Shown piece after piece: positions 1-13,664 of a stretch of DNA of 64,000 nucleotides. How positions within the stretch are numbered: the first letter of the stretch is position 1; the number at the start of each line of letters is the position of its first letter. The notes below the pieces were generated by a model. It searched no databases. It was given only the letters and a program-made list of their open reading frames with translations, and was not told the DNA's origin. A program made the translations under genes and the position numbers. Location of the stretch: NCBI RefSeq assembly GCF_964194155.1, contig NC_135888.1:90334001-90398000 (forward strand), given 5' to 3'. The DNA is from Cetorhinus maximus. Lineage: Eukaryota.

Positions 1-177
1 ATCAAGAGAGTGTCTGGAAGTTGGCTCAGTTGGAATGAAAAGCCTTGTTGTCTGCATCAAGCGTGATGATTGGTTTTGTAGGGGGTGGTGGTGTGTGTGT
101 CAGCTTCACCTCTGGCTTCTGAGCAGTTCGAATCGCTCCCACTCCCTGGGTTCTAGACCTTGGACTTATTTGGGGGT

Positions 178-1300
178 TGTGACAAAGTGCAGCAGACAGT
201 TGGTTTTGGTGCAAGAAAAACTGAGTTTATTGAAATCACAAATGAACTTATAACATTAGGATTACACTGAGATTATACAGACTTACAAAGTACACTTAGT
301 TAAGAATGGAGAACACACGGCATAACGAGGGAAAATCACGCTACTAATCCCCTTATCCTTGTCCCACCCCCAAAACCTAACTAAATTGAACTAGGACCGG
401 TCAGGGATCATGCTCACCAACCCAGGGTTCCTTGACAGTTCGAAATCCAGCCAGGTAAGCCGGTTGCAGTTTTGGAGTACGCTCTTTGTGTCCTCTGGGG
501 CCTGCCAACCCTATGTGATCCTGGTCTTTGGAATCTGCAAAGGTTCTTCAGTTGGGTGGAGGACGCGGTTGTGGGTGGTCGATCTTCATGGAGGGCTGCG
601 GTTGCGGCCTTGTTGTCTTCGGTTGAGCCTACCACCCCGTGCCCCTTGCCGTGATGTTGCCTGCGGGCCTGCAAAACTCCAGATCTCCTTGCTTAAACAC
701 TGTTTCAACCGTTTCAAAACTGGCCACCCTCCTGCTAGCTGGTTTCTCTCTCTCTCCTTCGTAACTCACTGGGCAAGTTATACTGTCTTTCGAATTTTTT
801 ATCGGAATCCAAATCAAGGTTAGTTATTTGTTTGATTTTGGCGGGCTTCCCCCGGTGATTGTTGTCTCGTTGTTTTTAATGGACTCGCATGATGTTTATC
901 ATTGTCTTCCTACCCCCGTAACTAAGTTTGAACTGAAAGCCATTGTATGTGTGGAGTATTGATGGGTTTGCATAATTGCATTGATTGTGCCTTCCTGCCT
1001 TAGTAGTTAGTAGCAATTATTTATGCAAGATTTTGATGGGCTTTAGTTTCGTGTAACATGAAGACTTTCTCTGGGTTGATTGTATTAAAGGGAAGAATGC
1101 GTATTCTGTCTCCTCTTGTCTGGCTTCAGGCAAAATAAAAAACACACCGCACTCAACAAACCCGGGCATGTCCAGTTCCAGACCTTCATGGGCCTAGCCT
1201 CCTGTCTGCAGGGTTTTACACGTACCTCAGCAGGTTAAAAGTCCAAAAGTCATATCCTTGTTGATGATATGAAATATGTAGGAATTTTGAGAACCCTTCA
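178..1300 (-). mobile_element. Possible solo LTR / LTR-like segment
   Basis: Starts TGTGACAAAG and ends CCCTTCA, with TTTATT (minus-strand AATAAA) near the left end. No clean TSD found. Confidence 0.3.
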
Positions 1301-1479
1301 GTTTAGACCTAAATTTGGGAAAGAATCAATTATTTTTTTTTCTTTCTGGAGTAGGGAAGGACAGGGATTCCATTGACCCACAGGGAATTAGCAGGATACA
1401 GCTCTGGATTACATGCTCAGGGCAGGCTCCTCACATTCCAGTGTAAATATTGGGGGCGAGCGTGCTTCCCCATGGCTGG

Positions 1480-2120
1480 CTCACTCCACTTTACTTTTTT
1501 CACCGATGGGGCTTTAATTATTATGAAGGGAGACTTCCACCCCTTTTCAAGAGGATATCCTGCTTAATACAGCCGCTGGCCAATTGAAGTCAGTGGTTCT
1601 CTAGTACCAGCACCAACCTGAGGAGTGGTGGCTACTGTCGGCACTGCAAAGGGGCCCTGGGAGGAAGAGCAATGATGGATGCCTTATAACCTAGTTAAGT
1701 CCAGGAACCCGGTGGGGCTAGCCAGTGGGGGTCTTAGGGGTGCATGTTGGACAAGGCAGGCGGGATGTCGGAGTCGGGGAGGAAAACCGTGGCAGCGGCA
1801 TCCAATTGGTTCCAGGGGCCTGGAAAAGAGGACTCTCCCCCTTTAACTGGTCACCAGCCTGGAAGGTCAAGCCTGCCGGACTGCATTTTGGGCGCAGGCT
1901 TCTCCAAGCACTGGTGAGATGAGGTCTTTAACTGGGCATTAATTGCACCCTTAAGGGCCTCAATTGGGCCTATGGAGGCCGGCCCACCTGGCGCTTCCTC
2001 CGCTGCTCATAAAATCATGGCTGAGTCGGGGGCTGGGTGGTAGTGAGCATGGTGCCCTATTTTACAGGTCCGCCTGCCTGCTTTCCCGCCTGTGCACGGC
2101 CCTCAGTGCCAGGAAATATT
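1480..2120. mobile_element. Degenerate GC-rich non-autonomous DNA transposon (Harbinger-MITE-like)
   Basis: Contains the TTAATTG...CCCTTAAGGG...AATTGG palindromic motifs seen in the other MITEs of this window; ends not resolved. Confidence 0.4.
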
Positions 2121-3909
2121 GTGGCTCTTATTAGAGCTGGACAACAAATGATACATTAAAGGGGTGGCATTGAGTGGCTGGTAGCAGGTAAAAAGATTTT
2201 CGCCTCCCTGTGTGAAGAATGTTCAGTGTACTTAGGGTACTAAAAATTACATTAAGGTCCTGCAACTAGGTTATGAATTCAATTTAAGTAGTGAAATAAA
2301 ACCCACTTGAAAGTAAAGTCAGACAAGCCTCAGGAATAATTTCAGTTGGATTTTTCTTTCCAATTTTCACCCCACGCCTGCCCCATTCATACCAAAATAT
2401 GGGTGCTGTGCATAGAAAATAAGTTGCATCATTTCTTTTTGTTCTAAAAAGAACTGGGTAGTCTGAAGACATGGAAAACTTCTCCTTAACTGATAGGCAG
2501 GTCGAGAATGTGAGGTAATTTAAATGAGATCAGTTGATGAAAGATATAAAACTGGGGCTGGAAATAAAACGGAATTGATGCTCAAGTGTGTTAATTACAG
2601 ACGGCAATGAAAAGCCAATTTTGTGTCAACAATAAGGTTGATGGTATCATATTCTGCCTGTTGCCGACATGACCTTGGAGGACCAATGGAACCAAGCTCC
2701 TGCAGTGTGAATACAGAATGGAAAAGAAGAGAATTGTCTATGGAATTGTATTAGGACAGGAATAATAACAGTTTTGGATTAATTGGGGACGAACATGATA
2801 TCCAGGTCAATACCAGTTTCATGTAAACATTGTTAACTTGGTTAGTTCAGACCAAAGCTAAATTTAGCCCACCCAGTTGCAGATTTCAGAAGAGAAAGAA
2901 AATGGCATTGTCACTTGACATGACATCAGGGCTGTAATGATGTCGATGATAATGCCAATGCATAGCAAATAGAAAGCAGAAGGGCAGCTGGTTTTACTGA
3001 GTCCTAGCCAGCATTATCATGAAGGTGAAACATCCTTTGGGAAAAAAGTCAACATTGTCTGACACTTAAAGCATCCATCAGCAAAGCAGTCAAATTACAA
3101 GGGCTGGCAGTATTCATCAGGATAAACTAGAATGTCCTTCAGAAAAAGTTTGCAGCATTATTATTCAGGGGGTCCAAACCACCTGCCAAGGCAACTAGGA
3201 AGAGTTTTGATCCAGGACATTCAGCTTTAATGACTGAACCTGGTCAGGATTGTACATTGTTATTGTTATATCCTACTGCAGATTTAGCACATTTTTACTA
3301 GATTAACGCAGATTGAGAGACAGGTGAGAACCTAAAATATTCCTTCATTGCAATGTCTCAAATTTTTGTTTCTGTTCAGTAATGAAAAAATTACTTAAAA
3401 TGAATATTTTAGGTGGATGCAACAATCAAGCAAACAAGTCCATAAAAAACTGACGTTTGTCCAGTAGTTTTCAATAATTTGGAACTATGTGACTGGAACT
3501 CTTTGTTCCAGTCTACTCTTCTCCTCCACGTGATGGGGGCTAAGCTTGTAATAATGATAGTGAGCTCTTGGAGCTAGTAAGAACGGTGATGGGAGTGATA
3601 TAGTGGTGCTGGTGGATAGATTATGAAACATGCAATTCCATTTTTAATTAATTTCTTTATATTTGACAAGTAGGATTTAATAGATAATATAGCTATCCAG
3701 AAACTAAAAGGGCAATTTTAACCTTGCCCACTCGATGGAAACCGGGCAGTCAATTCTCACTTGGGTCCTGTTGTCTTCAACTTTAACCTGTTCATCTGAG
3801 CAGCTGGCAAAAGCATCTGCCTGAAGCCGCTGTGCTGTCAGACTGGTTCTCCAACACCTAATCATGGTTGAGCCAGAATTTCCTCTAGTTAAACATTGCA
3901 AGGAACTCC

Positions 3910-4730
3910 CAGCACAAATTCTCTTCTCTAGCCAATGAATCCACCCCTCTCCCTGGCCAATCTGAGCCTGAGCCAGGTTGTTCAAAACCTCACGGCCTTA
4001 TTTTACCATGGGTTGATCTTCCAATCTTTGTATCACCAAGAAAGCCAGCTTTGACTTCCATAGCATCTCCTATTTGTGCTCCTGCTTCAACTCATCTGAA
4101 AGCCTGATCCATAGTTTTGTTACCTCCAGACTAAGCTACTTCAAATGCTCTTCTGCCTGGTATCCAGTAATGACTTGATGTACTGAACAGGTTTCAACAG
4201 GAAACAGTTAACTTTATTACAGAGCGCTTTTCAGATTCTACATGCTTGAACCAGGTCCCTGACAAGAAGCCCTTGGATTACACGTGCTTAGGGCTCATTG
4301 GTCGGAGACTCCACGAACAATCACGTGACCCCTGACTCCATTAACCTAATCTGCTGCCTTTATCCTAACATCATCAAATCCCATTCACTCATCACCCATG
4401 TGCTTGATGACCTACGTTACCATCTGCTCCATGAATGGCTAAAATTTAAAATTCTCATCCTTGTGTTCAAACTCTCTAGTGTCTTGCCCCTCCCTATCTC
4501 TATTACTTCATCAGTCTTAGAACCTTCAGCCCTTTGTAAACTCTGAGTTCCTTGAACTCTGGCTTCTTGCATACACTCTACTTCCTTTGCATTAGCAGCT
4601 TTACCTTTCATCATTTAAGAAAGAGCTAAGCTCTGGGATTCCGTCCCTAAAATTTTTTGGCTTTCCATCTCTATCTACTCCTTTAAGAGTCACTTTGGAA
4701 CCTACCTCTTTAACCAAGTTGTTGTTACCT
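3910..4730 (+). mobile_element. L2 LINE 3' fragment, interrupted by a solo LTR
   Basis: Encodes SLIHSFVTSRL...NALLPG and SHSLITHVLDDL...LKFKILILVFK, typical of the L2 ORF2 C-terminus. Confidence 0.8.
4166..4345 (-). mobile_element. Solo Gypsy LTR related to the LTR at 58720-58922
   Basis: Shares GAAACAGT(T)AACTTTATT, CTACATGCTTG and GTGCTTAGGGCT blocks with 58720-58922; it splits the L2 reading frame. Confidence 0.6.
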
Positions 4731-4820
4731 AACCTAATGGTACTGATATTAACTGTCATATACATTGGAAGGAGTTACAGGAGTTCCTAGATCACCTTGA
4801 TCAAGTTAACTGGAAATACA

Positions 4821-6043
4821 GGTTGGAATCATCCCAGATTTGCACTAAGTATGGTAGTTGCTGGGTAAAATGACATATTGTCCCAAACCCAGCACATTAA
4901 TGCATTCCTGGGAAACACACCATTTCGATGATGGATGGACTCTCATTCGCCTACCACACCGTCACCTCACTGCTTCATCACACCAGGCACCACATTTAAA
5001 GTACAGCCACGCTCAGTGCTTCCAGCCCAGGACTGCAGCAAAGAAGACATGGCCCCGAAAGGCAAGAAAGCTACAACCCTCAAGCGCCCTTTGGACACTG
5101 TGGAGGCCCTCCGTGATGTCCTCTATCCTCGCTCTAGCCGCAGGAGGGACAACAACATCACCACTATGGTTTGGCAGGCAATGGCTGTGAAGATCAGTGC
5201 CAGTGCTGCACAGAAGAGGTTGGCAATCCAATGCAGATAGAGGATGAATGATCTCATCCGTGCAGCCAGGGTAAGGCAACCATCTCAGCACTCTAAACCC
5301 ACACACGCAAGCCCATCACACATTCAGTGACATCTCACTCACTGCCAGCTCAAGGGACATCACCACCCATTCTCACACACACACCCTCAGATGTCCATCT
5401 CCTCTGGAGACTGCCTCCTCAATCCTCACCATCTTGAGGCCACTTGCACATATCAACATGTGCCCCCACAAACACCCTGGGTTACCCTCCTTCCCCAGAA
5501 TAGCTTTCATCCTGCAGCCTTTTTACTTTGCCTGAGGCCACTTCTCCTCCTTCGCCAAGCAAGCCCTAGCCCTGCAGCCATTGAAAAGCCACCCACATGT
5601 GGCTGATCTGGTAAGTAGAGGCCTGCCGTGAGCACCCCTAAAAGTGATGTGGTGCTGTCTGTGAAGCCTGGCACTGATGACTGCAAGTGCTGACCAAAGC
5701 AAAGTATGCAAACAAACCTTGAAGTCCCATGGTAAGTGCAGCCGGCCAGGCGCGTGTCGCTTAAATGCTGTTGTGAAACACGTCGGCGTGTTTTCCCGCC
5801 GACATGGGCGGACAATCCAGCAAGGGGGACGAGGAATAATTCCAGCGGGCAAGCCTCATAATGGTATGCTGATGTATTACAATGAGGTTTCCAATGTCAG
5901 GTGGCAGAGAACACAGCCTGGCATTGGCAGACTGAGCGGACAATCGCAGACTGGTTTCAGGCCGTCGTGAAACCGATTGTGTCATATTGCCTACTCACAC
6001 CACCGAACATGTCCAACGCCGGCAAGCATGGAAATTCCCAGCC
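4821..6043 (+). mobile_element. Non-autonomous Harbinger element carrying Myb/SANT-like exon 1
   Basis: Termini GGTTGGAATC...AAATTCCCAGCC with 3-bp TSD ACA; removal restores the RTE frame. ATG at 5049 gives MAPKGKK...RDVLYP...W...QKRLAIQCR* followed by a GTAAG donor at 5271. Confidence 0.85.
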
Positions 6044-6536
6044 ACAGTCTCCTGATCAATGTTGAAAAGACAAGACAAAAGTGATGGGATGGGTGGAAAG
6101 ACCTGCAAGATTCTGATTAATGGATTTCAGCTTGAACAGGTTGATACCTTCCACTATCTTGCGTCACTCATCATGGACTCATGCAGTGCCTAACAAAGAA
6201 ATTCGGGCAAGACTTAACAAGGGTTGTGAACTCATTTAAAAGAGTATAGTGTAGCCACAACATCTCAATTACAATAAAAAATTGTTTTCTGCAAGCCCTT
6301 ATGTGGCCAGTGACTATGTATGGCTGTAAAAGCTGGACCATCAAGAAGAGTGATGAGGCTTGAATAAGAGCATTTGAAATGAAAGGAATCAGACAGATGT
6401 TGCATGTGTGATGGACAGCCAAGTGGACAAATGGGTGGGTGCTTGAGAAAGCTGGTATTGAGACAAACTTTTTTGAGGCAGTGATATTAAGGAAGATCAC
6501 ATATTTTGGACACTTGATGCGAACAGGAGGGGAGTG

Positions 6537-7469
6537 AAGAATGAGAGATGAACTCATTGAAGTGTAAACAATTCTTACAGGGTTCAACAAGATAGATACA
6601 GGAAGGATGTTTCCCCTGGTTGGAGGGGTCTAGAACCAGGGGGCACAGTCTCAGAATAAAAGCTAGGCCATTTAGGACCAAAATGAGGAGGAATTTCTTC
6701 TGTCAGAGGGTGGTAAATCTTTGGAATTCTCTACCCCGGAGGGGTATGAAAGCTCAATCATTGAGTATGTCCAAAGCAGAGGTCAATAGACTTCTAGATA
6801 CCAATGACATCAAGGGATATGGCTCAAGGGGCCGAATGGCCTAATCCTGCTCCTGTGTTCTGTAGGGGTGCCCCTTTTTCCCTCAGGGACCCTCCCCATA
6901 CTCAAGTTCGTGATACCAGATTCACAAGTGTATGGCTTGAATAGAATGACCAGTGAAACAAGTTTCTTCTGATAATTCACAATTGCTTTATTGCATTAGC
7001 CACAGCCGTCAGAGATGGGCTACATTCAGCAGTCATGAAATATAGTTACAATTACATATACCCGGAACCCTGTCCCGTCAGAGGCTAAACCCCCTACTTG
7101 TTCCCAACTTAATACTTAAATCTTTATATCCTAACTTAATACTTACAATCACCCCTCGATCGGTCTTCCAATGTTGTTGTAGGTCGCTTGGTGGAGTTGA
7201 CCAGACTCTACCAACTTCCTTGACTGCCTGCAGAAAATAGTGTCCTACGATTCCTGTCCCCAATTATACCATTTCTGCTGCTGGCCTGGCCAACACATTT
7301 CAATGCCCAGTAGTCAGCACTCTTGCTGCGCAGCCCTGTGCTGTTGCCTGCAGTTTGATTTCTGTATTGTGTGGTTAAAAAAAAATGAGGTCAAAAAATG
7401 TCCGTGGGTGTGGGTTTTATACTCCATAAATTTCCCAGCTGGAGGGGATTCTGATCCTATAGTTCCTAT
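6537..7469 (+). mobile_element. CR1 LINE 3' end inserted in the RTE, itself split by a solo LTR
   Basis: Encodes RTRGHSLRIK..PFRTKMRRNFFCQRVVNLWNSLP; short direct repeat GAGTG at both junctions. Confidence 0.85.
6861..7461 (-). mobile_element. Solo LTR (~600 bp)
   Basis: Termini TGTAGG...CCTATA, 4-bp TSD GTTC (6857-6860 / 7462-7465); removal restores the CR1 tail CCTGTGTTCCTATG. Confidence 0.7.
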
Positions 7470-7691
7470 GAGTGTTTGAAAATAGAGATAATGCAAAACA
7501 CATGGAAAATGTGCACAAGGAAAACCCGAGGTGGCACAGATGGATAATATCAGAATGTGAACTATGGGGCAGGCAATGAAGGCAGCGGAGAATAGAAATC
7601 AATGGAGAAAGGTTGTTGCACATGCACCTATATCCTGTTCTGTGCATAACACCTCATCGCCTTACTCTGCCTTGTCAAGCCTATTCCATCA

Positions 7692-7957
7692 CATTACTCC
7701 TTACACCCACTTTCTCACAAACACACCCATCCTTATCTTTCCACACATTTCCCTGCATCTCTATCTATCCATCCACCACTCCTGTTCACCCTGATCCTTC
7801 TGCAATTTCTTGCCTCTCCCTGACCATTACTCCTTATACCCACTTTCCTCACAAACACACCCATCCTTACCTTTCCACACATTTCCCTGCATCTCCATCT
7901 ATCCATCCACCACTCCTGTTCACCCTGATCCTTCTGCAATTTCTTGCCTCTCCCTGA
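7692..7957 (+). repeat. Tandem duplication of a ~133-bp pyrimidine-rich unit
   Basis: Copies 7692-7824 and 7825-7957 are near-identical. Confidence 0.9.
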
Positions 7958-8029
7958 TAGTCACCCTCACCAATTCACTTTCTTCATTGAGTGAACATGT
8001 GCCATTGCAGTCTTTTCTCTACCCTTTGC

Positions 8030-10150
8030 AGAGAGAGTGTAAAATATAGGGAAAGAGCCAAAGGTGATCCTGCAGAAATCTCATAGCCCGGAACTGCAGA
8101 GGGGGAAGTGCTGGAGACCTGTGGCGCCTCAGAGTCCTGGTCATCAGTGATGGGAGTCAGGGAGCTCCAAGTTACCTGGTAACGGAATTAAATGGATCTA
8201 TCCACAACACTCAGTCATGTTAAATTTGATGCCAGCTGCGCATGAAATATGATCATGTTCATAATGATAAGCTGCAACACTCTTACCTTGCCCCTACTAA
8301 TTGCATTGTATTCTCTTTGCCAGAGCCTCCACATGTGCAACAGCAGTTGGTAGACATCATTCATGATAATTCCTCAGAGGAACTGATTGTACTTGAGAGT
8401 GTTCTATTGCTGGATCATGTTTATGTTGCACTAGTATAGACACTGTCACTTTGGTAAGATGGATTGTTGGGTTTTGACCTGGTGACTTACATTTCACAAG
8501 TGAGCAAGAGTGGATAGTGGTGGTAAAGACAGAGTGGAGAGTCCTCATTATGAGTATAGCCTTCTCCATGCTCTGCTCACTGAACACAGATATTGTACCT
8601 TGCACGCTATCAATGCAAAAGGTAATCGTTGAGCAGCATAAAATGTTTGATCTCCTCACAGACCTTCCAAACAAACTCAACGTGATTGTAGAGAGAATGG
8701 GGGAGTCCACCTCAAGTATTAGTGGAATGTTATTGGAGGGCATTGCAAGGATGTATCTTCTTCCAAGTGTGATGGGACTAAGACCTCATCCTGTATATTT
8801 TTTGTAAATGGATATCTTCATAGCTATTTCTAAAATTTTAAAAACTGGACAAACACCTTCTAAAACGGCTGAATCTATGTCTGTCTGTAACCCCTGACAA
8901 AAGGAGCTATCTGGCACATTTGAAGACACTTAAATCTCATTATGTCTGAAGAGACACTAATGAAACAGTGTGAGCTGTACAAACCAAATTCAAAGAGAGC
9001 TATACAAAGGTCATCTGCATTTCCTAGCTCAGGTTGGCCAAGTGGAATCTAATTGTCTGCTAAGACAAAGCGCCCCGCTGACTTCCTTTCAATTCGTAAT
9101 GGTTAAGATGTTTAACCACCGTGTGGACCCAGGCGGGGAAAACATACCTTTTGTCAAAGACAAAGTGAAGAGATTGGAGTCATGTGACATGGACCCCTAG
9201 CTTGTGGAACCAGTTATATTGCCTTGCTGCACTGCAAATGCAGTCTGCCATTTTACCATCAACAAGCAGCCTCACAGAAAAGGGGCTCTGCCCAGATTGA
9301 ATAACTGGCCCTATTGACACTGTTTCTGCTGGGACCTCTGTCCCATCACCTTTAAGACTGATTCATCTCTGAATGCCTATCTCATCGTGTGAAGTCAACT
9401 CCACCAGAAAAGTGAATTATACAACTAGGTTTTTCAGCCTACCGTTCTCCGTGAAGGAATATCTCATTGGACCTGGATTCTGGAAACAATAGTTCTTTTC
9501 TCTGTGGCCATTGTCCTGTAAATTTTTCTTTTCTCTATCTCTCAGTGCACAGAAGGCAACATGGTGACCCTCGTCCCGTGGCTTAAGAATGCACAAAAAA
9601 ATTAACCCTTTGAGTTCATCCTATCTTGAGTTTACTGTGGAGTTATTAATAAAAAATTGAATCACACCAAAACTGAGGGGTTAGGAAATACACCATCACT
9701 TATAAAGGGGGAAGCAAGTCAAAATACCTTTCTGTTTATGAACAGGTTGCGAAAGGAGAAATCAGAGCTGTTTAAATTAACCTCCCTCTTTTCCATCATA
9801 CCAAGATAACATGGTCCACTCTGTGGAGCATCAAGCATGAAAATTAAATTACTCCATGCTGGCAATGACCAGCGCTGTGTGGACTCTGGATGCCAACATG
9901 CTTTGCATCTTAAATAGGATGTCAGGCACCTTTGACTTGGCCTTACAGTGGTACAGGGATCTGCACCAACTGCTGTCCTGCAGAGCTGAATGAATGAAGT
10001 ACAGCTGGTCTTTGAGAGGGATGGTGATGAAAGAGGACATAGAAGTGGGGAACTCTACAGAAAGCATTCACATTGGTCACTCATAGCTCCAGTCAGTACC
10101 CGATTTGCTGTCTCCTCTTCTGAAGGTGAAGTTTGCCCTGCATAGGTGCA
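8030..10150 (+). pseudogene. Decayed Harbinger accessory (Myb/SANT-like ORF2) gene remnant, split by a solo LTR
   Basis: QHKMFDLLTDLPNKLNVIVERMGESTSSI resembles MFGVLTDLPESLLSLSRNMEDSGSNL at 23134-23646, which lies beside a Harbinger transposase. Confidence 0.5.
8768..9800 (+). mobile_element. Solo LTR (~1.03 kb)
   Basis: Inverted termini TGTGATGGGA...TTCCATCATA, 5-bp TSD CCAAG (8763-8767 / 9801-9805), AATAAA at 9648. Confidence 0.85.
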
Positions 10151-10174
10151 GGTGGATCAGTCACAAGCATTCAC

Positions 10175-11128
10175 TCCCTCCATCTACCTAGCCAGTATTT
10201 ATTGCCCATCCCTACTTGCCTTTGAGAAGGTGGTGGTCCTGGACAGTGTCACGCTTCTTGAGTGTTGTTGGAGCTGCACTCATCCAGACAAGTGGAATGT
10301 ATTCCATCACACTCTTGACTTCTGCCTTGTAGGTGGCGGACAGGGTTTGGGGAGTCAGGAGGCGAGTTAATCACTGCAGGACTCCTAGCCTCTGGCCTGC
10401 TCTTATAGCCAAAGTATTTATATAGCTAGTCCAGTTCCGTTTCTGGTCAATGGTAACCCCCAGTATGTTAATGGTGGGGGATCCAGCAATGGAAATACCA
10501 TTGAATGTCAAGGGGTGATGGTTTGATTCTCTCTTGTAGGAGGTGGTCATTGCCTGGCACTTGTGTGGTGTGAATGTTACTTGCCACTTGTCAGCCCAAG
10601 CCTGGATATTATCCAGGCCTTGCTGCATTTGGACATTCACTGTTTCAGTAGCTGAGGAGTCACGAATGAAACTAAACATTGTGCAATCATCAGCTAACAT
10701 CCCCATTTCTGACCTTATGATGTAGGGAAGGTCATTGATGAAGCAGCTGAAGATGGTTGGACCGAGGACAATACCCTGAGGAACTCCTGCAGTGATGCCC
10801 TAGAACTAAGATAATTGATCTCCAACAACTACAAACATCTTCCTTTGTGCTAGGTATGACTCCAACCAATGGAGAATTTTCCCACCTATTCCCATAGTCT
10901 CTAGTTTTGCTTAGGTTCTTTGTTGCCACACTCGGTCAAATGCTGCCTTGATGTCAACGGTAGTCACTCTCACCTCACTTCTGGAGTTCAGCTCTTTTGT
11001 CCATGTTTGAACCAAGGCTATAATGAGGCCAGGAGCTGAGTGGCCCTGGTGGAACCCAAACTGAGCGTCAGTGAGCAGCTAATTGCTAAGCAGGTGCTGC
11101 TTGATAGCACTGTTGAGGACCCCCTTCC
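10175..11128 (-). mobile_element. CR1/L2-group LINE RT fragment
   Basis: ORF 10371-10706 MLADDCTMF...QAWADKWQVTF..KCQAM; a GVPQG-like motif lies upstream; same family as 30440-31980. Confidence 0.9.
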
Positions 11129-11129
11129 A

Positions 11130-11672
11130 TCATGTTACTGAGTGTGTGAGTTTAGAGTGATGCAATGGCTGCCTTAACCTGGCATCTCGGGTGACATCAT
11201 TCACCCTCTTTCTGCACTGGATGGCCAACCCCTTCTGTGCAGTATTGACCACAACTGCCACCACCACCCAGGCCAGAGTGGTGAGATTTCTGGCCCTCCT
11301 GCAGCTAGAGAGGGGGTAGAGGACATCATGGGGGGCCTCCAAAAGGCATTCCAGGGATGGGTCACTGAACTCTTCTTGGTTTTCAGGGCCATGTCTTCAC
11401 TGGGGCAGTCATGGGCTACAAGCATTGAGAACTGTGTGTGCGGCTGCAGTTTAGATATGGCATCATGAGTGAGGAAGCATTGAGGTAACGGTGTGGCGAG
11501 CGATTCAGAGACCGCCGGCCAGCGAGACGGCATGTTTCCTGTGGATGCATAATTAATGAGGTGGGAAGCAGACGATATGGTGTAAAAACCTGCCCTTGCG
11601 GCTGGCTGGAAAAAAATGTATTTTTCCGCACCTGCCACTGCACTTAATGCAACTCAGGGAAAGTTCTGGCCC
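11130..11672 (-). mobile_element. Truncated Harbinger element with Myb/SANT-like exon 1
   Basis: TIR GGGCCAGAACTTT at 11672; encodes HDVLYP...TTLAW...QKGLAIQCRKRVND; homologous to the 5' part of 4821-6043. Confidence 0.8.
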
Positions 11673-11675
11673 ATG

Positions 11676-11960
11676 TGTCTAGGGAACCATGTCTGTAGGA
11701 AGCGTCTCCGGCTGCTTGAGTTCGAGCCCAGGGTTTCCGAACTTGGGTGCAGCTGGAGTCACTGCGGAGCATCAGGGAATCTGAGAGTTTTGTGGATCCT
11801 ATATTCCAGGAGGTTGGCATTCCACTGGCAATAAGAGTTCAGAATAGTAGTTGGGTGGCCATCCAGAAGAGTAGGAAGTGCAGGAGTCTTTAGGATGCCT
11901 GTCACTCTCAAAATGTTACTCAGCATTGGAGACTGCTGGGAGCGATGACATCCTGAAGAA
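11676..11960 (+). mobile_element. CR1 ORF1 fragment
   Basis: HVCRK..LLEFEPRVSEL... resembles the Cys plus coiled-coil start of CR1 ORF1. Confidence 0.55.
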
Positions 11961-13664
11961 ATGCCGTTTTGGAGCTCCAAGGGCATTCATATCACCCAGA
12001 AAATGGAAGCTAATGATCCCTATTTTTTGCCCAGTGATTAAGGTGACTTGACTGATAAATTAATTTTGATATAGACTTTGTTGCAAAAAGCTGTGCAGAT
12101 ATGTTGTACATTCACCAAAAATAGTGTCTAATCCATCATCTTCTCTATCCTGTCATCAGGTTGACAGATAATATTAGAGAAATAGAAAGTATTGGCCAAG
12201 GACGCCTGTTAAATTAAATTGTATGGCCATTTCAACCAGATGAGCTGTGCATGGATGTTCGGACAAGGGAACTAATTTAAATAAATACATTATTAAAAAG
12301 AGGGCCACATATGCTCATTTCTAGCTCCAAAATAGATTCTTGTATCTGTACCTAAAAAAAATATGCAGGAAGACTAACCTACATTTAATTGTACTCCTGT
12401 TCAACCTGAAATCAAACTTCACCAGAGTGTTCCAATTTCAGTCTGGGGACAGGCTGTTCTTCCAGATGGGCCTTTGTTTCCAGGTGGATAGATACAGCTT
12501 GCTATTGAAACGGTGCAGTTTTGAGTATAGTTAATTTGGGTTAATGGTTACTCTGTTCCTTACACTATGACAATTCTTCTCAAGACATTTGTCTATCAGC
12601 TAGTTATCTATTTTTCCTCTCACAGTTAGTTTGTTGTATTCCCTCCATTTGACCTGCAAAATCACTGTCCTTTATTGTTACTCCTTGAGTCTAGTTGTTT
12701 TATAATGGGTAAAGAGAAGGGGCAGGGTGCTGAAAGGGAGAAGCAATTGTCCTCTATTCCATATGATTGCTTATTTTCATTTGGTCCATTGCTGAAACAG
12801 AAGGAGAAGTTTTACTTGCTCTCTAACCTGTCCTGGAGTATTATTCCATGATTATATATTTTCCAGTTTATATTTTGTGGTTTCAAGGTGTCTCTTTTTT
12901 AGGATTCTTTAGCTTTTTGGTAATAATCCAAAGCAAAGCAGGGTACAGGGATTGGATTGTGCTCTCCAAATCAGGTGAGATAGCAATAGAAGGAAGGAAG
13001 GGAGCAATTGGTTGGAAAGACCTACCCTTCTTTATCCTAACCCCAAATCATCAGAGATTGTTGTCAGCTGCTCCTCCCCGCCCATCACATGCCGAAGTCA
13101 GCAGGTGAAGTGGGACCAGAATTCCTCCTTCCTGTCTGCCTGATTCACAAACATCATTAGTTGGCCCATGAGTAGTGGTAAGTGGCAACTAATGCTCCAG
13201 TGAAGGTATAGGCCCTCTAGCAAGCCTCCTTTCTATACAACTCACTATTAAGCCTGAGCTGCTGAAGGCCCCAGCCTTGTCTGGCTGTTGGGCCCAAGGG
13301 TATTTTAAGTCTTCTTTGGGCCACTTCTAGATCAATGTTTTGTCGGAATGTAAATCCTTCACTCCTCCCTTTGGTGCTTTCCAGTTACTGAAAAACAGAA
13401 TGTTCTTTGTCTATAAAATTAGTTTATAAAGCAGTCACTTAACGTTAATAGCATCGATATCAATAGCTAAATACTTTTTTAAAAATAGCAAATCAATTAG
13501 CTATTCTCTTCCGAAGGACATACTGGGGGACAGAATCAGTGTATACGTGTGCCCAAGATTATTGACAAACTTGCTTATCGAAGCCTGGAGAGATCCTAGC
13601 TTCCAGATCTTGCTTCCATAAGGAATAATGGACTCCCACTCGGCACAAAAGCATCAATTAGCTA

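Larger units (their letters stand above)
4745..7640 (+). mobile_element. RTE-clade LINE 3' part in three pieces (4745-4820, 6044-6536, 7470-7640)
   Basis: Pieces join into ELQEFLDHLDQVNWKYSLLINVEKT, then TMYGCKSWTIKKSDEA*IRAFEMKGIRQML, then QAMKAAENRNQWRKVV (RTE-type RT C-terminus). Confidence 0.8.

Noticed and set aside
2500-3260. Possible very old gag-like or coding remnant
   Set aside because: Only vague motifs and no sustained reading frame; cannot be supported.
12378-12505. Minus-strand segment with acceptor-like and donor-like ends
   Set aside because: All three frames hit stops before the donor; no recognisable protein.
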